Source: Escherichia phage Ec_MI-02. Taken from it: DNA of 64,000 bases. A model generated the notes under the pieces. It was not told where the DNA came from. It did not search any database and was given only the letters and a program-made list of their open reading frames with translations. The translations under genes and the position numbers were made by a program. Below, one piece after another: positions 1-12,065 of the stretch (position 1 is its first letter; each line of letters begins with the position of its first letter). The stretch lies in sequence record OP856590.1; one strand, 5' to 3'.

Positions 1-1936
1 TCAAAGCACCGTGGTTAATAACTCTACTGGTACAGCAGCTTTGGCCGGTAAATTCCAGTGGGGTCCTGCTTTTCAAATTAAACAGGTTACAAATGAAGTA
101 GATTTAGTTAATACTTTTGGTCAACCTACAGCTGAAACTGCTGACTATTTTATGTCTGCAATGAATTTCTTACAATACGGAAATGATTTGCGAGTTGTGC
201 GTGCTGTCGATAGAGATACCGCTAAAAACTCATCTCCGATTGCCGGTAATATTGAATACACTATTTCTACCCCAGGTAGTAACTACGCGGTTGGAGATAA
301 AATCACGGTTAAGTATGTTTCAGAAGATGTTGAAACAGAATGTAAAGTTACCGAAGTAGATGCTGATGGAAAAATTAAGAAAATTAATATTCCTACCGCA
401 AAAATTATCGCTAAAGCGAAAGAAGTAGGCGAATATCCAGCATTAGGTTCTAACTGGACCGCGGAAATTTCTTCGTCTTCCTCTGGTTTAGCTGCAGTAA
501 TAACTCTTGGAAAAATTATTACTGATTCTGGTATTTTATTAGCTGAAATTGAAAATGCTGAAGCTGCTATGACAGCTGTTGACTTTCAAGCAAATCTCGA
601 AAAATATGGAATTCCAGGAGTAGTAGCTCTTTATCCAGGCGAGTTGGGCGATAAAATCGAAATTGAAATCGTATCTAAAGCTGACTACGCAAAAGGTGCT
701 TCTGCATTACTTCCAATTTATCCAGGTGGCGGAACACGCGCATCTACTGCCAAAGCAGTGTTTGGATATGGACCACAAACTGATTCACAATATGCTATTA
801 TAGTTCGTCGCAATGATGCTATTGTTCAAAGCGTTGTTCTTTCAACAAAGCGTGGTGAAAAAGATATTTACGATAGTAACATCTATATTGATGACTTTTT
901 CGCAAAAGGTGGTTCAGAATATATTTTCGCAACTGCACAAAACTGGCCAGAAGGCTTCTCTGGAATTTTAACTCTGTCTGGTGGATTATCATCAAATGCT
1001 GAAGTAACAGCAGGAGATTTGATGGAAGCTTGGGACTTCTTTGCTGACCGTGAATCTGTTGATGTTCAGTTGTTTATTGCGGGTTCTTGTGCCGGTGAAT
1101 CTTTAGAAACAGCATCTACTGTCCAAAAACACGTCGTTTCAATTGGGGATGCTCGCCAAGATTGCTTAGTACTGTGCTCACCGCCGCGCGAAACTGTAGT
1201 TGGAATTCCTGTAACTCGCGCTGTTGATAACTTAGTCAACTGGAGAACCGCAGCAGGTTCATACACTGATAATAACTTTAATATCAGTTCAACTTATGCA
1301 GCAATTGATGGTAACTACAAGTATCAGTATGACAAATATAATGATGTAAATCGTTGGGTTCCATTAGCAGCTGATATTGCTGGTTTATGCGCGAGAACCG
1401 ATAACGTTTCTCAGACTTGGATGTCTCCAGCTGGTTATAATCGCGGCCAGATTTTGAACGTTATTAAACTTGCTATTGAAACTCGCCAGGCGCAGCGCGA
1501 TCGTTTATACCAAGAAGCTATCAACCCAGTAACTGGTACAGGTGGTGATGGTTACGTATTGTATGGTGATAAAACAGCTACTTCTGTTCCTTCTCCATTT
1601 GATCGTATTAACGTTCGTCGTCTGTTTAATATGTTGAAAACGAATATCGGACGTAGTTCAAAATATCGTTTGTTCGAATTAAACAACGCGTTTACTCGTT
1701 CATCGTTCCGCACAGAAACTTCCCAGTACTTGCAGGGAATTAAAGCTCTCGGTGGAATTTATGAATATCGTGTAGTTTGCGATACAACAAATAACACTCC
1801 GTCAGTAATTGATAGAAATGAGTTTGTTGCAACATTCTACATCCAACCGGCTAGAAGCATTAACTACATTACCTTAAACTTCGTAGCAACTGCTACTGGT
1901 GCAGATTTCGATGAGTTAACTGGTCTTGCAGGTTAA
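1..1936 (+). CDS. 18: Tail sheath protein gp18, 5' end outside window
   Basis: Frame open from window edge to TAA 1934-1936; translation VVNNSTGTAALAGKFQWGPAFQ recalled as T4 gp18; followed by 19 and 20 in T4 order. Confidence 0.9.
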   Translation, partial: QSTVVNNSTGTAALAGKFQWGPAFQIKQVTNEVDLVNTFGQPTAETADYFMSAMNFLQYGNDLRVVRAVDRDTAKNSSPIAGNIEYTISTPGSNYAVGDKITVKYVSEDVETECKVTEVDADGKIKKINIPTAKIIAKAKEVGEYPALGSNWTAEISSSSSGLAAVITLGKIITDSGILLAEIENAEAAMTAVDFQANLEKYGIPGVVALYPGELGDKIEIEIVSKADYAKGASALLPIYPGGGTRASTAKAVFGYGPQTDSQYAIIVRRNDAIVQSVVLSTKRGEKDIYDSNIYIDDFFAKGGSEYIFATAQNWPEGFSGILTLSGGLSSNAEVTAGDLMEAWDFFADRESVDVQLFIAGSCAGESLETASTVQKHVVSIGDARQDCLVLCSPPRETVVGIPVTRAVDNLVNWRTAAGSYTDNNFNISSTYAAIDGNYKYQYDKYNDVNRWVPLAADIAGLCARTDNVSQTWMSPAGYNRGQILNVIKLAIETRQAQRDRLYQEAINPVTGTGGDGYVLYGDKTATSVPSPFDRINVRRLFNMLKTNIGRSSKYRLFELNNAFTRSSFRTETSQYLQGIKALGGIYEYRVVCDTTNNTPSVIDRNEFVATFYIQPARSINYITLNFVATATGADFDELTGLAG

Positions 1937-1952
1937 TACGGTGCATTCTAAA

Positions 1953-1970
1953 GGCCTGTTTCGGCAGGCC
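1953..1970 (+). terminator. Hairpin after gene 18
   Basis: GGCCTG / CAGGCC stem, 6-nt loop; no strong U tract. Confidence 0.35.
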
Positions 1971-1971
1971 A

Positions 1972-1979
1972 TATAAATA
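1972..1979 (+). promoter_or_regulatory. Late promoter TATAAATA upstream of gene 19
   Basis: Exact TATAAATA; a second copy at 2031-2038. Confidence 0.55.
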
Positions 1980-2030
1980 CACTATATCCTTAATTCTTTA
2001 ATTCTATATGCCCTAGGTTAAACATAGGGA

Positions 2031-2038
2031 TATAAATA
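2031..2038 (+). promoter_or_regulatory. Late promoter TATAAATA, gene 19 proximal
   Basis: Exact TATAAATA 15 nt before ATG 2053. Confidence 0.5.
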
Positions 2039-2052
2039 CTACAGAGGCTAAT

Positions 2053-2544
2053 ATGTTTGTAGATGATGTAACACGAGCGTTTGAATCTGGTGATTTTGCT
2101 CGACCTAACTTATTCCAAGTAGAAATTTCTTATCTTGGACAAAATTTTACGTTTCAATGCAAAGCCACTGCTTTACCAGCTGGTATTGTAGAAAAAATTC
2201 CAGTCGGTTTTATGAACCGTAAAATTAACGTAGCAGGCGATCGTACATTCGATGACTGGACTGTTACAGTAATGAACGATGAGGCACATGATGCTCGCCA
2301 GAAGTTTGTTGATTGGCAAAGCATTGCTGCTGGGCAAGGGAACGAAATTACTGGTGGAAAACCAGCAGAGTATAAAAAGAGCGCTGTTGTTCGCCAATAC
2401 GCTCGTGATGCTAAAACTGTAACAAAAGAAGTCGAAATTAAAGGCCTGTGGCCTACTAACGTGGGTGAACTTCAATTAGATTGGGATTCAAACAATGAAA
2501 TCCAAACCTTTGAAGTAACTCTTGCTCTCGATTATTGGGAATAA
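2053..2544 (+). CDS. 19: Tail tube protein gp19
   Basis: 163-aa ORF, ATG 2053 after AGAGG; sequence MFVDDVTRAFESGDFARPNLFQ recalled as T4 gp19; synteny. Confidence 0.9.
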   Translation: MFVDDVTRAFESGDFARPNLFQVEISYLGQNFTFQCKATALPAGIVEKIPVGFMNRKINVAGDRTFDDWTVTVMNDEAHDARQKFVDWQSIAAGQGNEITGGKPAEYKKSAVVRQYARDAKTVTKEVEIKGLWPTNVGELQLDWDSNNEIQTFEVTLALDYWE

Positions 2545-2576
2545 AATGAATGGGGAGAAATCCCCATCCTGCTTAA

Positions 2577-4201
<1,625 letters not shown>

Positions 4202-4202
<1 letters not shown>

Positions 4203-4459
4203 TGGAAGGTTTAATTGAAGCTATTAAATCAAACGACCTCGTAGCCGCTCGTAAATTCTTTGCTGAAGCCATGGCTGCAAGAACGATTGATTTAATTAAA
4301 GAAGAAAAAATCGCTATCGCTCGCAATTTCTTAATCGAAGGTGAAGAACCTGATGATGAGGATGATGACGAAGACGAGGATGATGAAGATAGCGATGATA
4401 AAGACGACAAAAAAGACAAAGACTCTGACGAAGATGACGAAGACGAGGATGATGAATAA
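4202..4459 (+). CDS. 67: Prohead core protein gp67 with poly-acidic C-terminus
   Basis: 85-aa ORF, TAATG overlap with gene 20; C-terminal D/E-rich tract; position between 20 and 68. Confidence 0.8.
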
Positions 4460-4884
4460 TGCTTCTGATCCCTGAAACTCATGAATTAGTTCTCGAGAAT
4501 GTCGAAGCACTTATTCCTGAAGCACAGGGTCGCTTTGACGAATTGTCTTCTGCTTTAAATAAAGACGATATAAATACAATTGTCGAGAATATGCTTGATG
4601 ATGAAACTGATTTAGCGATTGCATTAGCTTCTATTAATGAAGATATGCCGCTAAATGAATTCATCGTTAAACATGTTTCTGCTCGTGGTGAAATTACACG
4701 TACCAAAGACCGCAAAACGCGTGAACGTAATGCATTTCAAACCACCGGGCTGTCTAAAGCAAAACGTAGACAAATTGCTCGCAAAGCTACCAAAACGAAG
4801 ATTGCCAACCCAGCAGGTCAATCTCGTGCTCAGCGTAAGCGTAAAAAAGCTCTTAAACGCCGTAAAGCATTAGGATTAAGCTAA
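4459..4884 (+). CDS. 68: Prohead core protein gp68
   Basis: 141-aa ORF, TAATG overlaps at both ends; basic C-terminus; synteny. Confidence 0.8.
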   Translation: MLLIPETHELVLENVEALIPEAQGRFDELSSALNKDDINTIVENMLDDETDLAIALASINEDMPLNEFIVKHVSARGEITRTKDRKTRERNAFQTTGLSKAKRRQIARKATKTKIANPAGQSRAQRKRKKALKRRKALGLS

Positions 4885-5522
4885 TGAATGAACCCCAATT
4901 ACTAATTGAAACTTGGGGTCAACCTGGCGAAATTATTGATGGTGTGCCAATGCTTGAATCTCATGATGGAAAAGACCTAGGTTTAAAACCTGGTTTATAC
5001 ATCGAAGGAATATTCATGCAAGCGGAAGTCGTCAATAGAAATAAACGTCTTTATCCAAAACGCATATTAGAAAAAGCGGTAAAAGACTATATCAATGAGC
5101 AAGTTTTAACTAAACAAGCTCTCGGAGAATTAAATCATCCTCCACGCGCTAATGTTGACCCGATGCAAGCCGCTATCATTATAGAAGATATGTGGTGGAA
5201 AGGAAATGACGTATACGGACGAGCTCGTGTTATTGAAGGTGACCATGGTCCTGGAGATAAATTAGCAGCTAATATTCGTGCCGGATGGATTCCAGGAGTT
5301 TCTTCTCGTGGATTAGGTTCATTGACTGACACAAATAAAGGTTATCGTATCGTAAACGAAGGATTCAAATTAACTGTAGGTGTTGATGCAGTATGGGGTC
5401 CAAGTGCTCCAGATGCATGGGTAACTCCTAAGGAAATTACCGAATCACAGACGGCGGAAGCCGATACAAGTGCCGATGACGCCTATATGGCTCTCGCAGA
5501 GGCCATGAAAAAAGCGTTATAA
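4884..5522 (+). CDS. 21: Prohead core scaffold protease gp21
   Basis: 212-aa ORF (T4 gp21 length); synteny between 68 and 22. Confidence 0.85.
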   Translation: MNEPQLLIETWGQPGEIIDGVPMLESHDGKDLGLKPGLYIEGIFMQAEVVNRNKRLYPKRILEKAVKDYINEQVLTKQALGELNHPPRANVDPMQAAIIIEDMWWKGNDVYGRARVIEGDHGPGDKLAANIRAGWIPGVSSRGLGSLTDTNKGYRIVNEGFKLTVGVDAVWGPSAPDAWVTPKEITESQTAEADTSADDAYMALAEAMKKAL

Positions 5523-5525
5523 ATA
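5518..5525 (+). promoter_or_regulatory. Late promoter TATAAATA upstream of gene 22
   Basis: Exact motif overlapping gene 21 stop. Confidence 0.6.
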
Positions 5526-5552
5526 TTATTATCTAAACAACAGGACTACAAA

Positions 5553-6362
5553 ATGCTTAAAGAACAACTGATTGCTGAAGCGCAAAAAATTGATGCTTCC
5601 GTTGCTCTTGATAGTATTTTCGAATCAGTTAATATTTCTCCGGAAGCAAAAGAAACTTTCGGCACTGTATTCGAAGCTACCGTCAAGCAGCACGCCGTTA
5701 AATTAGCTGAATCTCATATCGCTAAAATTGCTGAAAAAGCAGAAGAAGAAGTAGAAAAAAATAAAGAAGAAGCCGAAGAAAAAGCTGAGAAGAAAATTGC
5801 TGAGCAAGCTTCTAAATTCATCGACCATCTTGCAAAAGAATGGCTCGCTGAAAATAAATTAGCAGTTGATAAAGGCATCAAAGCCGAACTGTTTGAATCC
5901 ATGCTAGGTGGATTAAAAGAGCTCTTTGTTGAACACAACGTTGTTGTTCCAGAAGAATCAGTTGATGTTGTAGCTGAAATGGAAGAAGAGCTGCAAGAAC
6001 ATAAAGAAGAATCAGCTCGTCTGTTCGAAGAACTCAATATGCGCGACGCATATATCAATTATGTGCAGCGTGAAGTGGCATTGAGCGAAAGTACTAAAGA
6101 TCTGACTGAGTCTCAAAAAGAAAAAGTCTCTGCTCTGGTCGAAGGTATGGATTATTCAGATGCATTCTCAAGTAAATTGAGTGCCATCGTAGAAATGGTG
6201 AAGAAGTCTAATAAAGATGAAAGCACTATTACTGAGGGTATAAATACTCCTGATACTGAAGCAGCCGGACTGAATTTCGTCACTGAAGCTGTAGAAGATA
6301 AAGCTGCACCTGGTGCAGAAGATATTGTAAGTGTATATGCGAAAGTCGCATCTCGTTTCTAA
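5553..6362 (+). CDS. 22: Prohead scaffolding protein gp22
   Basis: 269-aa ORF, E/K-rich, predicted helical; synteny; TATAAATA upstream. Confidence 0.85.
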   Translation: MLKEQLIAEAQKIDASVALDSIFESVNISPEAKETFGTVFEATVKQHAVKLAESHIAKIAEKAEEEVEKNKEEAEEKAEKKIAEQASKFIDHLAKEWLAENKLAVDKGIKAELFESMLGGLKELFVEHNVVVPEESVDVVAEMEEELQEHKEESARLFEELNMRDAYINYVQREVALSESTKDLTESQKEKVSALVEGMDYSDAFSSKLSAIVEMVKKSNKDESTITEGINTPDTEAAGLNFVTEAVEDKAAPGAEDIVSVYAKVASRF

Positions 6363-6380
6363 TTTTAAAGGTTAACACAA

Positions 6381-7946
6381 ATGACTATCAAAACTAAAGC
6401 TGAACTTTTGAACAAATGGAAGCCATTACTGGAAGGTGAAGGTTTACCGGAAATTGCTAATAGCAAACAAGCGATTATCGCTAAAATCTTTGAAAACCAG
6501 GAAAAAGATTTCCAGACAGCTCCAGAATATAAAGACGAAAAAATCGCTCAGGCGTTCGGTTCTTTCTTAACAGAAGCTGAAATCGGTGGTGACCACGGTT
6601 ACAACGCTACTAACATCGCTGCAGGTCAGACTTCTGGCGCAGTAACTCAGATTGGCCCAGCTGTTATGGGTATGGTACGTCGTGCTATTCCTAACCTGAT
6701 TGCTTTCGATATTTGCGGTGTTCAGCCGATGAACAGCCCGACTGGTCAGGTATTCGCACTGCGCGCAGTATATGGTAAAGACCCAATCGCTGCCGGCGCT
6801 AAAGAAGCATTCCACCCAATGTATGGTCCAGATGCAATGTTCTCTGGTCAGGGTGCTGCTAAGAAATTCACAGCTCTGGCTGCTAGCACACAAACCACAG
6901 TAGGTGATATCTATACTCACTTCTTCCAGGACACTGGTACTGTGTATCTGCAAGCTTCTGCTCAAGTAACAATTAGTGCAAGCGCAACTGACGCTGCTAA
7001 ATTAGATGCTGAAATTAAGAAACAAATGGAAGCTGGTGTACTGGTAGAAATCGCTGAAGGTATGGCTACTTCTATCGCTGAACTTCAGGAAGGTTTCAAC
7101 GGTTCTACCGATAACCCATGGAATGAAATGGGCTTCCGTATCGATAAACAAGTTATCGAAGCTAAATCTCGTCAGCTGAAAGCTGCTTACTCTATCGAAT
7201 TAGCACAAGACCTCCGCGCTGTTCACGGTATGGATGCTGATGCTGAACTGTCTGGTATTCTGGCTACCGAAATCATGCTGGAAATCAACCGCGAAGTTGT
7301 TGATTGGATTAACTACTCAGCTCAGGTTGGTAAATCTGGTATGACCCTGACTCCGGGTTCTAAAGCTGGTGTATTTGACTTCCAGGATCCGATTGATATT
7401 CGTGGTGCTCGCTGGGCGGGTGAATCCTTTAAAGCTCTGTTGTTCCAGATTGACAAAGAAGCAGTTGAAATTGCTCGTCAGACCGGTCGTGGTGAAGGTA
7501 ACTTCATTATCGCTTCCCGTAACGTAGTTAACGTTCTGGCTTCAGTTGATACTGGCATTTCTTATGCTGCACAGGGTCTGGCTACCGGCTTTAACACTGA
7601 TACTACCAAGTCAGTATTTGCTGGTGTTCTGGGTGGTAAATACCGTGTATATATCGACCAGTATGCTAAACAGGATTATTTCACTGTAGGTTATAAAGGT
7701 CCGAATGAAATGGATGCTGGTATTTACTACGCTCCATATGTAGCTCTGACTCCGCTGCGTGGTTCCGATCCGAAGAACTTCCAACCGGTAATGGGATTCA
7801 AAACTCGTTACGGTATCGGTATCAACCCATTTGCAGAATCCGCTGCTCAGGCTCCGGCTTCTCGCATCCAGAGCGGTATGCCTTCTATTCTGAATAGCCT
7901 TGGTAAAAACGCTTACTTCCGCCGTGTATATGTTAAAGGTATCTAA
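6381..7946 (+). CDS. 23: Major capsid protein gp23
   Basis: 521-aa ORF (T4 gp23 length), high-expression codon usage, strong terminator hairpin downstream. Confidence 0.95.
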   Translation: MTIKTKAELLNKWKPLLEGEGLPEIANSKQAIIAKIFENQEKDFQTAPEYKDEKIAQAFGSFLTEAEIGGDHGYNATNIAAGQTSGAVTQIGPAVMGMVRRAIPNLIAFDICGVQPMNSPTGQVFALRAVYGKDPIAAGAKEAFHPMYGPDAMFSGQGAAKKFTALAASTQTTVGDIYTHFFQDTGTVYLQASAQVTISASATDAAKLDAEIKKQMEAGVLVEIAEGMATSIAELQEGFNGSTDNPWNEMGFRIDKQVIEAKSRQLKAAYSIELAQDLRAVHGMDADAELSGILATEIMLEINREVVDWINYSAQVGKSGMTLTPGSKAGVFDFQDPIDIRGARWAGESFKALLFQIDKEAVEIARQTGRGEGNFIIASRNVVNVLASVDTGISYAAQGLATGFNTDTTKSVFAGVLGGKYRVYIDQYAKQDYFTVGYKGPNEMDAGIYYAPYVALTPLRGSDPKNFQPVMGFKTRYGIGINPFAESAAQAPASRIQSGMPSILNSLGKNAYFRRVYVKGI

Positions 7947-7960
7947 TCTTTGACGATTTA

Positions 7961-7980
7961 AGGGACCTTCGGGTCCCTTT
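7961..7980 (+). terminator. Intrinsic terminator after gene 23
   Basis: AGGGACC-TTCG-GGTCCCT then T-run. Confidence 0.7.
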
Positions 7981-7994
7981 AGTTGTTTTTATGG

Positions 7995-8002
7995 TATAAA
8001 TA
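7995..8002 (+). promoter_or_regulatory. Late promoter TATAAATA upstream of gene 24
   Basis: Exact motif between gene 23 terminator and ATG 8030. Confidence 0.6.
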
Positions 8003-8029
8003 AATCATATAAACCAAAAGGAAAGCGCA

Positions 8030-9313
8030 ATGGCTAAAATCAACGAACTTCTGCGCGAATCAACCACAACGAATAGCAACTCAATCGGTCGCCCAAATCT
8101 CGTTGCTTTGACTCGCGCTACCACTAAATTAATATATTCTGACATTGTAGCAACGCAAAGAACTAATCAACCTGTTGCTGCTTTTTATGGTATCAAATAC
8201 CTTAACCCAGATAACGAATTTACATTTAAAACTGGTGCTACTTACGCCGGCGAAGCTGGGTATGTAGACCGAGAACAAATCACAGAATTAACAGAAGAGT
8301 CTAAATTAACTCTCAATAAAGGCGATTTATTCAAATATAATAATATCGTTTATAAAGTATTAGAAGATACACCATTTGCTGATATTGAAGAAAGCGATTT
8401 AGAATTAGCTCTTCAGATTGCAATCGTTCTTTTAAAGGTTCGTCTATTTTCTGATGCTGCAGTAACAAGCAAATTTGAAAGCTCTGATAGTGAAATTGCG
8501 GATGCTAGATTCCAGATTAATAAATGGCAAACCGCAGTTAAATCTCGTAAACTTAAAACTGGCATCACAGTTGAATTAGCACAAGATTTAGAAGCAAATG
8601 GATTCGATGCTCCTAATTTCTTGGAAGATTTGCTTGCAACCGAAATGGCGGATGAAATCAATAAAGATATTCTGCAGTCTTTGATTACAGTATCAAAACG
8701 CTATAAAGTTACAGGAATTACTGATACTGGATTCATTGATTTGAGTTATGCATCTGCACCTGAAGCTGGTCGTTCATTATACCGAATGGTGTGTGAAATG
8801 GTTTCACATATCCAGAAAGAATCAACTTATACAGCAACGTTCTGCGTTGCTTCAGCTCGCGCCGCTGCGATTCTTGCTGCATCAGGTTGGTTAAAACATA
8901 AACCAGAAGATGACAAATATCTTTCACAAAATGCCTACGGGTTCTTAGCTAATGGTTTACCGCTTTATTGCGATACCAACAGCCCATTGGATTATGTAAT
9001 CGTGGGTGTAGTAGAAAATATTGGTGAAAAAGAAATTGTTGGATCAATTTTCTATGCTCCGTATACAGAAGGCCTTGACTTAGATGACCCTGAACATGTA
9101 GGTGCATTTAAAGTTGTAGTTGATCCAGAAAGTTTGCAGCCATCTATCGGTTTATTAGTTAGATATGCTTTATCTGCAAATCCTTACACTGTAGCAAAAG
9201 ATGAAAAAGAAGCAAGAGTAATTGACGGTGGAGACATGGATAAAATGGCGGGTCGTTCAGATTTGTCTGTTTTATTAGGTGTTAAGCTACCAAAAATTAT
9301 CATTGATGAATAA
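8030..9313 (+). CDS. 24: Capsid vertex protein gp24
   Basis: 427-aa ORF (T4 gp24 length); late promoter 7995-8002 upstream; synteny. Confidence 0.9.
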   Translation: MAKINELLRESTTTNSNSIGRPNLVALTRATTKLIYSDIVATQRTNQPVAAFYGIKYLNPDNEFTFKTGATYAGEAGYVDREQITELTEESKLTLNKGDLFKYNNIVYKVLEDTPFADIEESDLELALQIAIVLLKVRLFSDAAVTSKFESSDSEIADARFQINKWQTAVKSRKLKTGITVELAQDLEANGFDAPNFLEDLLATEMADEINKDILQSLITVSKRYKVTGITDTGFIDLSYASAPEAGRSLYRMVCEMVSHIQKESTYTATFCVASARAAAILAASGWLKHKPEDDKYLSQNAYGFLANGLPLYCDTNSPLDYVIVGVVENIGEKEIVGSIFYAPYTEGLDLDDPEHVGAFKVVVDPESLQPSIGLLVRYALSANPYTVAKDEKEARVIDGGDMDKMAGRSDLSVLLGVKLPKIIIDE

Positions 9314-9317
9314 AACA

Positions 9318-9340
9318 AAGGGACCTTTCGGTCCCTTTTT
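9318..9340. terminator. Bidirectional terminator between convergent 24 and rnlB
   Basis: AAGGGACC-TTTC-GGTCCCTT flanked by A/T runs. Confidence 0.7.
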
Positions 9341-9342
9341 AT

Positions 9343-10347
9343 TTAACTTACCAATTCAATCCAAGCCGGACGAAGTACATCTTGTACCATTTTAACTAAT
9401 TCCTTCTTAATCAAAGAAGGATTATCCGCTTGAGTTAGAGTAATACCTTCACGAGAAGTTTCTTCCAAAATATCTTGAACAGTTAGTCCCATCACCTTTC
9501 CAAAATCTTTTGGACCAATTTCGCCAATTTTAGAAATAACGTTATTTACTCGGTTCAGTGTAACGTAACAAGCTAAAATTCCCACCAATTTGTTATCAGC
9601 TTCTGACAGTTCAACTTTAGCTTTAATAGGCTTATCAGACTTTTTCTTTTCGCTAAATTTAGAGTTCTTGCATTTGATGGCTACACGATTGCGATTAGGC
9701 AGCCAAGAAGGATAACAAGGTTTCAATACATATCCTTCAGCGGTAAATACTTCGCCTTTTGCTTCGGCATTCCAAACGCATTTATTTGCATCAACTAATC
9801 CAGCGTGGTCTGCTGCAAAATTATAATCTTGGACGACAGAATCTAAATCATTTGGCAATTTAATAAGTTCTTCAAATTTACCGCGACCTAAAAGTGGAGC
9901 CATTTTAAATTTAAATGTATTACAGAATGATTCCATCATATAATCATCGACATAAGTCACATCACCACTTTCTGTAGTAACAATAATGTCAAACACATAA
10001 AAATCTTTATCGCCATAATCGACATTCTTCTGAATGCCAGGTCCGGCGAATTCACCGAAGACTTGATAAGATACAACCGCTGAAGTTTCCATAATATCTT
10101 GTACTGCTTTAATGGAATCAGCGTAATTCTTCAAAATAATTTCATACCCAAAGAAATCTTCAGCAGGAAGAATAGGACCAGTTCGTTTAGCACAAGTTAC
10201 TTTATCACGCTCAATAATCAATGAGAAATTTGTGCCATGAATCTTTTCACGAGCTACCCATTCGCCGCCAGTCAATCCTAAACTGTAAAGTTTTTCAATA
10301 AATTTAGAATTGTAATGATTTTCAAGACTGCTATACTTTTTAAACAT
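9343..10347 (-). CDS. rnlB: RNA ligase 2 (Rnl2)
   Basis: 334-aa ORF; N-terminal nucleotidyltransferase motif KIHGTN (lysine adenylation site); T4 Rnl2 length and position. Confidence 0.85.
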   Translation of the reverse strand: MFKKYSSLENHYNSKFIEKLYSLGLTGGEWVAREKIHGTNFSLIIERDKVTCAKRTGPILPAEDFFGYEIILKNYADSIKAVQDIMETSAVVSYQVFGEFAGPGIQKNVDYGDKDFYVFDIIVTTESGDVTYVDDYMMESFCNTFKFKMAPLLGRGKFEELIKLPNDLDSVVQDYNFAADHAGLVDANKCVWNAEAKGEVFTAEGYVLKPCYPSWLPNRNRVAIKCKNSKFSEKKKSDKPIKAKVELSEADNKLVGILACYVTLNRVNNVISKIGEIGPKDFGKVMGLTVQDILEETSREGITLTQADNPSLIKKELVKMVQDVLRPAWIELVS

Positions 10348-10356
10348 AATTAATCC

Positions 10357-10635
10357 TCAAAATGTAATTTCTAACCAATCACCATCACGCTGATCACTAT
10401 TGGCTTTAAAGCTAAATCCTTCTTTTCTCAGCCAATCACCAATTTCTTCAGTAATCAATTTATCGCGAGCAGTACAATAATAACTAAAATATGTTTTACC
10501 TTGTTCAGCTGCTTTATTAGCAAGTTCCGAAAAATCTTTAATAAAACACTCTAGCTTAAACTGTTTACTTTTAAGTGCTTTTTCACGTAATTGATTAGCA
10601 AAAGATTCATTTTCATAAAGATCATACTGTTCCAT
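10357..10635 (-). CDS. 24.2: Hypothetical protein (T4 24.2 position)
   Basis: 92-aa ORF, ATG start, tightly packed after rnlB. Confidence 0.6.
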   Translation of the reverse strand: MEQYDLYENESFANQLREKALKSKQFKLECFIKDFSELANKAAEQGKTYFSYYCTARDKLITEEIGDWLRKEGFSFKANSDQRDGDWLEITF

Positions 10636-10837
10636 TTTTCACCTTTTTATTAATATGCCTTTTTCTATAGACAACTTTTTCTCGAGTTTCAAATTTATTC
10701 TTAGCAGTCATAGCTCGAGCCCATAATACAGCCACTTCCTTTGCCTGTAAGTTCAATTCACGAGCAATTTCAATGAATGACTTTCCAGACTCATGAAGAG
10801 TAAACACCACAACCTCAGTTCTCATAATCAATCTCAT
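10622..10837 (-). CDS. 24.3: Hypothetical small protein, possible helix-turn-helix (T4 24.3 position)
   Basis: 71-aa ORF, ATG 10835-10837; segment SFIEIARELNLQAKEV resembles an HTH. Confidence 0.55.
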   Translation of the reverse strand: MRLIMRTEVVVFTLHESGKSFIEIARELNLQAKEVAVLWARAMTAKNKFETREKVVYRKRHINKKVKNGTV

Positions 10838-10906
10838 GTTATCGAGTTGGTGCCATTATATACATCATTTTCTGAGTGTGTTTTGTGTGCTTTCAAAATG
10901 AAGAAA

Positions 10907-10920
10907 GGGGCCGAAGCCCC
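10907..10920 (-). terminator. Hairpin after hoc
   Basis: GGGGC-CGAA-GCCCC with U-run on - strand. Confidence 0.55.
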
Positions 10921-10925
10921 TAAGA

Positions 10926-12056
10926 TTATGGATAGGTATAGATGATACCAGTTTCTAAAGCAGTTTTATGAATGATGTATCCATTACGTGATTCTTGAAC
11001 ATCAACTTCTGGATAGTCTTTCATCATCTTCTGAAGGGTGTAACGATGCAGGTAGTATTTACTATCTGGATCTTCAGTTTTCCAATCTTTACCTTCTTCG
11101 GTCATTTTTTGGATTTCATCCATAACCCACCAACCGCACCAGATATAAGCCGAAGTACGATGTGGAAGAGGATGAACATAAGGCAATTCACCTTCTGGTT
11201 CTGGAGCAACTTTATCAGTTACCTGAACTTGACCTTCTGCTGTGATAGTTTTGCTATCATAATCAGTAGCGGTAACAGTTGCAGTAACTTCAATAGTTTG
11301 ACTTCCAATAGATGATGTATCAACCGTGTATACATTAGTTGACCCTTCTACTGGAGAAGAATCTTTCTTCCATGAATATTCGATTTGTGCTTCTTCTGGA
11401 GCATCCGTAACATTAGCAGTAAATGTAGCCGAAGCATCTTGCTGAACGTTAATAGAAGGAGGAGTCAATGTAACCTGTGGATTCATTGTTTTCTTATTAA
11501 CTGTTAATGATACTTCATTAGAAGTAACTTCCTTTTCATTGTAATTTTCTGCAGTTACTTGCGCTACACACTTAACTGTTTTAGCTCCAACTGTGGTAGG
11601 AGTATAGTTAAATGTAGTAGTAGTTTCTCCATCGACCAGAGAACCGTCAACATACCACTGATACGTAGCAGACGCTCCTGGTGGCTGTGAAGCCAAGGCA
11701 GCAGTAAATTGAACTGGGGTTCCAATTACTCCGGCAGCAGGATTAGCAGGAGTTACGGCTAACGTAGTTGTCTGTGTCTTATTTTGAACTGTGATAGTTG
11801 TAGTAGTTTCTGCTGTTTCAGGTTCAGATTCTGCAACTTGATTGGTTGCAACCACCTTAATAGTCTTTTGACCGGCAGGTCCTTTTAGTACATAACTAAA
11901 AGTTGCTTCAGATCCATCTTGTGGAACATCGTCTACAGTCCAAGCATATGTAATAGGTCCATCTCCAGTTTGACCACTGGGTGTAGCAGTAAACTGCTGA
12001 GTCTGATCTATAACTCCAGTAGGTGTTTTAGGAGTTATATCAACTGTAAAAGCCAT
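10926..12056 (-). CDS. hoc: Hoc, outer capsid decoration protein with Ig-like domains
   Basis: 376-aa ORF (T4 Hoc length), T/V/S-rich beta-type repeats; synteny; hairpin terminator downstream. Confidence 0.85.
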   Translation of the reverse strand: MAFTVDITPKTPTGVIDQTQQFTATPSGQTGDGPITYAWTVDDVPQDGSEATFSYVLKGPAGQKTIKVVATNQVAESEPETAETTTTITVQNKTQTTTLAVTPANPAAGVIGTPVQFTAALASQPPGASATYQWYVDGSLVDGETTTTFNYTPTTVGAKTVKCVAQVTAENYNEKEVTSNEVSLTVNKKTMNPQVTLTPPSINVQQDASATFTANVTDAPEEAQIEYSWKKDSSPVEGSTNVYTVDTSSIGSQTIEVTATVTATDYDSKTITAEGQVQVTDKVAPEPEGELPYVHPLPHRTSAYIWCGWWVMDEIQKMTEEGKDWKTEDPDSKYYLHRYTLQKMMKDYPEVDVQESRNGYIIHKTALETGIIYTYP

Positions 12057-12065
12057 AAGTTATCC